Shown: piece by piece, positions 58,783-64,000 of the stretch
Position numbering within the stretch: the stretch's first letter is position 1
Layout: the number at the start of each line of letters is the position of its first letter
Source: Demequina sp.
GTDB taxonomy: Bacteria > Actinomycetota > Actinomycetes > Actinomycetales > Demequinaceae
Direction: 5' to 3'
Length of the DNA stretch: 64,000 bases
Assembly: GCF_016278765.1 (NCBI RefSeq)
Contig: NZ_JADQBE010000017.1
Location: 15,313 to 79,312 of the forward strand
Program-made: the position numbers and the translations under genes
Notes under the pieces: model-generated
Databases searched by the model: none
What the model was told of the DNA's origin: nothing
What the model saw: the letters and a program-made list of their open reading frames with translations, nothing else

Positions 58783-58802
58783 GGGCTCGTATTTTCGAGC
58801 CC
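58783..58802. terminator. Hairpin between convergent xfp remnant and oxidoreductase genes
   Basis: GGGCTCG-TATTTT-CGAGCCC, a 7-bp stem. Confidence 0.3.
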
Positions 58803-58922
58803 TGGATCAATGTGCCAGGGGTCCGTCGTTTGACGGTGCTGCGACGTCCGTAAGTAGCCCTCGGGCAACGCACCGCTCATGAGTTGAGCGTTCTTGCTGA
58901 AAGAAGTCTGTTCCGCTTGCGG

Positions 58923-59948
58923 TCAGGGCCCTGTCATCATGACCGGGTGACCCGATGACGCAGACTCGTAAGCCGCCAGCACCAGTTGCAGAGTGCGGTA
59001 GCCGACGTCCCCGTCGGGCTGTGCGGAGCGTCCGGACCGCACGCACGACAGGAACTCATCGAGCATAAGTGCGTCCAAGTTCACGCCGACCGCATCCCAA
59101 CGAAGGCCCCCGCTGCGGTCATCGAAGACCTCGACGTTCTCCGCGAAGGCATCAAGCCGTGCGCTGCCTAGGTCTCCTTCAACGGCCAACGTCAAACCGC
59201 CCCAGCTGGGGTAACTCGAGGGGGCACTCCAACTGCAGTCAATGGTGGCTACGGTGCCGTTGGCGTACGTCATCGCCAAAAGCCCGCCGGTCTCGACCGA
59301 CACCTCATCGGCGTGAATGACCCGGTTTACCTGGGCATAGACCTGTTCTGGACTGACATTCAGCAGATTGTCGAGAAGGTCGGCGACGTGAACGGTATGG
59401 TCCATCAAGGCGCCGCCACCCGCAAGTTCGGGATCGAGGAACCAGCGCCGCGAGGCGAGGGGAGCCTGGCCGTTGTTGGTACCGGTGATGGCCAGTATCC
59501 GACCAAGATCACCGCGCTGAATGGCTTCCCGCATGGCACAGAAGCCGGGATGGAACCGCACTGGGTATGCAACCATGAGAATGACGTTGGCTTGCGCGCA
59601 CGCGCGCAGCATCGCCTCTGCGTCGTCGAGCCGCGTTGCTAAGGGCTTCTCACACAACACGTGGACCCCGGCCTCCGCCGCCTGCTCCACCACGTCTCGG
59701 TGACGCGAATTTTCCGTGCAGACGACGACGGCGTCCAGGCCCTCGGAAAACATCGCGTCATAAGAAGGCACGAGTCTCACCCCGAGTTCGGTCGCCAGCG
59801 ACGCTCCGCGCACTTCATCGGGGGGTGCTGTCAGTGCGTCGGGATCGGTCGCCACAAGCTCAACGTCAGCTCGGTCACGCAGGATCGCCGCGTAGCTGGA
59901 AGCGTGCACGTGGGCGAAGGACGCGATCCCTACTCGAAGCTTCTTCAC
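58923..59948 (-). CDS. Gfo/Idh/MocA-family oxidoreductase
   Basis: N-terminal Rossmann fold 'LRVGIASFAHVHASSYA' and 'HVLCEKPLA' motif. 341 aa. Confidence 0.85.
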   Translation of the reverse strand: MKKLRVGIASFAHVHASSYAAILRDRADVELVATDPDALTAPPDEVRGASLATELGVRLVPSYDAMFSEGLDAVVVCTENSRHRDVVEQAAEAGVHVLCEKPLATRLDDAEAMLRACAQANVILMVAYPVRFHPGFCAMREAIQRGDLGRILAITGTNNGQAPLASRRWFLDPELAGGGALMDHTVHVADLLDNLLNVSPEQVYAQVNRVIHADEVSVETGGLLAMTYANGTVATIDCSWSAPSSYPSWGGLTLAVEGDLGSARLDAFAENVEVFDDRSGGLRWDAVGVNLDALMLDEFLSCVRSGRSAQPDGDVGYRTLQLVLAAYESASSGHPVMMTGP

Positions 59949-60931
59949 AGGACACCTTCCTCAAGTCGCACGGGCAGGCCGGTCTCAGCTGACCTGGATG
60001 CGGCGGACGCAATGGCAAGAGCGGCCAAACTATCTGCAGCTGTAATGCGCGGCGTCGGTCCGCCCGAACATGACGCCAAGAACTCCCCGAGTTCAGCGAC
60101 AAAAGGTGAGCGTCCACGTGGCCCCAATGGGATCAGTTCACCGCGCGCCGGGCTGGCTCCCGGTATGGACCACGAGAGCGACTCGGCTTCGGTACTCGAG
60201 TGTCGCAGTAGCCCGTGGGCGCCGGCGATGGAAAAGGATGTCCGGAATTTCTCTTCTGGATGTCCCCATCCGCCCACGAGATGAGTCAGCGCACCGCTGC
60301 TGTGCGTCAGGACGGCGATGCCGATCGTCGGACCGGGGGCTGAGCCGACCACCGACGCATAGACCTGAGTCACGTCGCCAGCAATCCATCGGGCAAAATC
60401 AAAGTCGTGAATCATCTGGTCAATCAAAATGCCTCCCGACTTCGCGGACTCGGCGAACCACGACCGCTCGGGCCGGGCTCCACGACGAGTGAGTCGCAGG
60501 ACCGCGGGCGCGCCTATCCTGCCGGCGTCAACGGCCGTCTTCGCCGCTACGTACTCCGGGAAGTAACGCACTACGTGACCGGGGTGCAATTGAACGCCGG
60601 CTGCGGCACAGGCCTCAATCATCTCAACCGCCTCATGGCGAGTGTGTGAGAGTGGCTTCTCGCAGATGACGTGCCGGCCGGCCGCAGCGGCGGAAAGCAC
60701 AATATCGTGGTGGGTAAACGTGGGCGTACAGACATCGACGACGTCGCACTGCCCAAGAAGTTCGTCAAGGTGCGCCACACTGCGCGCGCCATATTGACGT
60801 GCCGCCGCCGCGGCACCCTCGTCTGAGTGCACAACGACGGGAACGCCGAGATATCGCCACGCAGCCAGATGGGGGTGCGCAATTCCCCCTGCCCCGACCA
60901 CGCCGACGGTCAACGGTTGAGTCGAAGTCAT
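59945..60931 (-). CDS. Gfo/Idh/MocA-family oxidoreductase
   Basis: 'LTVGVVGAGGIAHPHL' and 'HVICEKPLS'. 4-nt overlaps with both neighbours. Confidence 0.85.
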   Translation of the reverse strand: MTSTQPLTVGVVGAGGIAHPHLAAWRYLGVPVVVHSDEGAAAAARQYGARSVAHLDELLGQCDVVDVCTPTFTHHDIVLSAAAAGRHVICEKPLSHTRHEAVEMIEACAAAGVQLHPGHVVRYFPEYVAAKTAVDAGRIGAPAVLRLTRRGARPERSWFAESAKSGGILIDQMIHDFDFARWIAGDVTQVYASVVGSAPGPTIGIAVLTHSSGALTHLVGGWGHPEEKFRTSFSIAGAHGLLRHSSTEAESLSWSIPGASPARGELIPLGPRGRSPFVAELGEFLASCSGGPTPRITAADSLAALAIASAASRSAETGLPVRLEEGVL

Positions 60932-61752
60932 CCTTTCACCGCCCCTTCAAGCATGCCGCTGATGAACTTCCGTTGGAACACCAGGTACGTCAAGAGGATC
61001 GGAAGGATGACGATCAGCGTGCCCGCTGCCAGGACGGGGATGTCGCTTGAGTGCTGACCAACGAAGAAACCGAGCCCAGCGGGGGCTGTGCGTTGGTTCG
61101 GATCTTGGATCAGTACGAGCACCAGGAGGAACTGGTTCCACGACCACATGAAGAACAAGACCGCCATGGTCGACAATGCGGGCACAGAGATCGGCAGCAG
61201 TACACGGCGTAGCGTCACCATGGGCGTGGCGCCGTCGAGTTCAGCGGCCTCGATGATTTCACGCGGGGTTGACAGGAAGTGGGTTCGCATCCAGAAAATG
61301 CCGAATGGCATGAAGAGCCCGCACTCCGCCAGGATCACGGCCCACGGGGTATTGGTCAGTCCGATCCCACGCAGGTCGAAATAGAGCGGGATGACGATCA
61401 ACTCGACGGGAAGCGTGAGGCCGAGCAGAAACACCACGAAGATGGCTGAACGACCGGGCACCTTCAGCGTCGCGAGGGCGTATGCGGCAAGCGTCGCGGA
61501 TATCACCGAGATCGGGACGACTGCGGCACAGATCTTGATGCTCGACCACAGGAGGTTTCCGAATGAAGCGGTCGTCCACGCCGCACCGAAACTCTCGAAA
61601 CTCGGCTCCTGAGGTATTGAGATTCCGGATACCAAGGTACCGGGCGGTTGAAGCGCCGCCAGAAAGATGCTCACGAAGGGCAGGAGCGTGATCACGGCCA
61701 TAGCCGTCATGACGGCGTAGGCAACAACACTGCTGGAGTGACTCGGCTTCAC
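60928..61752 (-). CDS. Carbohydrate ABC transporter permease
   Basis: Six TM helices. EAA loop 'IIEAAELDGATPMVTLRRVLLPI'. Confidence 0.9.
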   Translation of the reverse strand: MKPSHSSSVVAYAVMTAMAVITLLPFVSIFLAALQPPGTLVSGISIPQEPSFESFGAAWTTASFGNLLWSSIKICAAVVPISVISATLAAYALATLKVPGRSAIFVVFLLGLTLPVELIVIPLYFDLRGIGLTNTPWAVILAECGLFMPFGIFWMRTHFLSTPREIIEAAELDGATPMVTLRRVLLPISVPALSTMAVLFFMWSWNQFLLVLVLIQDPNQRTAPAGLGFFVGQHSSDIPVLAAGTLIVILPILLTYLVFQRKFISGMLEGAVKG

Positions 61753-62702
61753 TTCGTCTCCCGGGTCAGACGTTGTATGAACAGAACGATGGTGACGATC
61801 AGTGCGGTGAGGGTGACAGCAAGTGCGGAGGCGACTCCCACTTGGCCATCAGTGAAGGCCAGACGGTATACCAGCAGGCCCGGGACGGTGGTGGTGTTGC
61901 CAGGCGATCCATTCGTTGTCACGTAGACAATGTCGAAGCTGGCGAGCGCGGCAACCACCGTGATCGTCAAAGCAACCGCGATCTCGCCACGCAGTGCGGG
62001 TAGCGTGACAGCGAAGAACTCGCGTACAGCTCCTGCGCCATCCATCCGAGCCGCCTCGTAGAGCGAATTGTCGATCTTCTGTGCTCCGCTGAGGAAGAGC
62101 ACAAAGCAGAGACCTGACAGCGCCCATGTGCCGATCAACCCCACCGCAGGCAATGCGAGCGTGAAGTTGCCCAACCACGCCTGTGTGATCGAGTCGAGTC
62201 CCACGGCCCTCAGGATCTGGTTGACCGCCCCATTCTCGGTGTACATCCATCGCCACGTGATGCCAACCGCCACCATCGGCACGACCTGAGGAAGGAAGAA
62301 GACAACCCTGTAGAACGTCATGCCACGTCGACGATGTCGCCCAAGAATGGCGGCCATGAGTAGTCCGACGGCGATCGAGAACCCCGAAAAGAAGACCACC
62401 AGGACAAATGCGTGCACCACGGCGCCCCGGAGCAGAGGATTTTCCGCGACGGCCCGGTAGTTGTCCACTCCAGCCCACGTCCCCACCGTCACTCCGTCCC
62501 AGCGAAATAGCGACAGCCACAGTGTGTGCATACCGGGAACGAGCACGAACAGCAGGTACAGCGTCCCTGCGGGCGCGAGGTACGCGAATCCGATCCAGCG
62601 AGGTCGACGCACCCGCCGCGCAGCGCCTGGGCGGCGTGACGAGACCCGTGTGGGGGTCTCGTCACGCCGCCCTTGGACGACGCCGTCGGCGTCAGCCGCC
62701 AT
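61749..62702 (-). CDS. Carbohydrate ABC transporter permease
   Basis: EAA loop 'LYEAARMDGAGAVREFFAVTLP'. The ATG at 62702 overlaps the binding-protein gene end by 11 nt, so the start is uncertain. Confidence 0.85.
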   Translation of the reverse strand: MAADADGVVQGRRDETPTRVSSRRPGAARRVRRPRWIGFAYLAPAGTLYLLFVLVPGMHTLWLSLFRWDGVTVGTWAGVDNYRAVAENPLLRGAVVHAFVLVVFFSGFSIAVGLLMAAILGRHRRRGMTFYRVVFFLPQVVPMVAVGITWRWMYTENGAVNQILRAVGLDSITQAWLGNFTLALPAVGLIGTWALSGLCFVLFLSGAQKIDNSLYEAARMDGAGAVREFFAVTLPALRGEIAVALTITVVAALASFDIVYVTTNGSPGNTTTVPGLLVYRLAFTDGQVGVASALAVTLTALIVTIVLFIQRLTRETK

Positions 62703-64000
62703 GATAGGCAGTCCACACCTTCTGCAGCGATTCCAAGAACTCCTTCGGCTCCATGCGACCGGCGACAACCTGCTGCAAGCCTGAGGTCAGACTGTCGAGC
62801 ATTGCGGGCGCGGCGAAGTCAGGGAAGGGAGTCAGCCCGTCATCGGAGACGATCGTCTCGTTCGCTGCCTTGAGGTCGGCCTGAATGCCGGTGGCCGGAG
62901 GAGCGGCCTTCGCGTTCGGAGGAAGGAACCCCCCGTTGCTTTCGATGACGGCGGCCTCGGGGCTGCTCAGGAAGTCGAGGAACGCGGCTGCAGCGGCCTG
63001 ATTCTCGCTCTTCGAGGAGATCATGTACGAGACGCTGAACCCGGTACCGACTGCCTTGTTGCTGTTGGAGTTCGGAGGGAAGACCGTGAATCCGACATTG
63101 TCGCCCATCGTCTCTCCGATAGCAGCAGCGTCCCAGTTGCCGTCGACGAGGAACAGTCCATCGCCCTTCGCGAACGCCACAGCAGAGTCGGCCTCGGTCG
63201 TGCCGTTCGCCGACTCGGGGAAGTACCCCTTCTTCGCCCAGTCGGCAAACAGGGTGGTCGCGGCGATAGCGTCGGCAGTCACGATGTCAGCCCCCCCTTT
63301 GCCGTTGATCCAGTCACGCCAGTCGGAAGTGTTCGTCATGGAGTTCATGAGACCCGCCCAGGCGTGGAGCGAGCCATAGTCGAGTCCGCCCAGCGACAAA
63401 CCGGTGATACCAGCGGCTTTAGCCTTCTCGAGATCGACAGTGAGTTCGTCGACCGACGTTGGCGGCGCGCTGATGCCAGCCTGCTCCATCAAGTCCTTGT
63501 TGTAGTAAAGACCCACCAAAGAGAGTCCACCTGGAACCGCGATCAGGCTGCCGGTTCCCAGGATCTTGCCGGTCTCGTCGACCCGCAGCATGTCAAGCGC
63601 GGACTTGGGGAATTTCGTGTCCCAGCCGTACGCATTCTCGTAATCTGTCAGGTCAACGACGAGTCCGGCCGCTGACAGATCCTTGAGCGCCGCGTTGTAC
63701 TGCGCAATGTCCGGTGCGGAGTCCGAGCTCATCGAGAGCCTGAGGGACTTGACGTAGTCGGCGAACTGAGTGAACTGGGTCTCGATCGTCACTTGGGGGT
63801 ACTTCTCGTGGAAGGCAGCCGCGAGCGCGTCGGTCATCTCGGGATTGTCAGTGAACGCCAGCGTGAGCGTGACCGGGTCGCTGGGAACCGCCGTCGACAC
63901 CTCCCCCCCAGTCGCAGAAGACTGGTCAGATGGGGTGGGTTTGGCCGTTCCGGGGGTACAGCCCGCAATCAGCAGTGCGATACCTATCGTTCCAGCGGCC
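62692..64000 (-). CDS. Extracellular solute-binding lipoprotein of a sugar ABC transporter (5' end beyond the window)
   Basis: The frame stays open to the window edge. The upstream in-frame translation '..AAGTIGIALLIAGCTPGT..' gives a lipobox (Cys codon 63958-63960). The body is typical of family-1 sugar-binding proteins. Confidence 0.85.
   Translation of the reverse strand, partial: AAGTIGIALLIAGCTPGTAKPTPSDQSSATGGEVSTAVPSDPVTLTLAFTDNPEMTDALAAAFHEKYPQVTIETQFTQFADYVKSLRLSMSSDSAPDIAQYNAALKDLSAAGLVVDLTDYENAYGWDTKFPKSALDMLRVDETGKILGTGSLIAVPGGLSLVGLYYNKDLMEQAGISAPPTSVDELTVDLEKAKAAGITGLSLGGLDYGSLHAWAGLMNSMTNTSDWRDWINGKGGADIVTADAIAATTLFADWAKKGYFPESANGTTEADSAVAFAKGDGLFLVDGNWDAAAIGETMGDNVGFTVFPPNSNSNKAVGTGFSVSYMISSKSENQAAAAAFLDFLSSPEAAVIESNGGFLPPNAKAAPPATGIQADLKAANETIVSDDGLTPFPDFAAPAMLDSLTSGLQQVVAGRMEPKEFLESLQKVWTAYHGG

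Overview
This window is a high-GC chromosomal segment of Actinomycetota type. Gene content and order resemble Micrococcales/Microbacteriaceae, but that is only a guess. It is densely coding, with about 60 genes, and almost all of them are core metabolism.

In order along the window:
- an LLM oxidoreductase, then a divergent MocR regulator / PLP-decarboxylase pair
- the conserved actinobacterial triad of soluble MgtE-N/CBS protein, DUF1003 and Mrp
- a decaying galactokinase pseudogene
- a glyA-folD-xthA operon behind a ZTP (pfl) riboswitch, then GNAT and purU
- a five-gene GlcNAc operon (ROK regulator, GH3 NagZ-like, ROK kinase, nagB, nagA)
- mdh and icd
- a MIP channel beside an acr3 / arsR-arsC fusion / arsC arsenic cluster
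- purN-purH and a PerM-like membrane protein
- an IclR regulator divergent from a glpF-dhaK-dhaL-dhaM(EIIA-HPr-EI) dihydroxyacetone operon
- sucCD, a LuxR-type two-component system, ldh, pcrA and a GGDEF cyclase
- a PspC / histidine kinase / response regulator envelope-stress module
- SURF1, DUF3817 and guaA, with a perfect 68-bp tandem duplication at the guaA 3' end
- pta-ackA and an ABC-F ATPase
- a sugar ABC-transporter and Gfo/Idh/MocA cluster that runs off the window end

I saw no rRNA, tRNA, CRISPR array, transposase, integrase or recognisable defence gene.

The most unusual locus is 53.9-58.7 kb, downstream of pta-ackA. It holds two tandem paralogous acidic ORFs whose C-terminal halves align by eye to the phosphoketolase N-terminal (XFP_N / TPP-binding PP) domain, but with the GDGE and HLNGYKI cofactor motifs destroyed. 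After an ABC-F gene there is a phosphoketolase ORF with a roughly 490-codon in-frame internal deletion. This may be a domesticated pseudoenzyme set or an unusually structured gene-decay series, and it needs database and structure checks.

All function calls come from by-eye motif recognition of the supplied translations. No searches were run.
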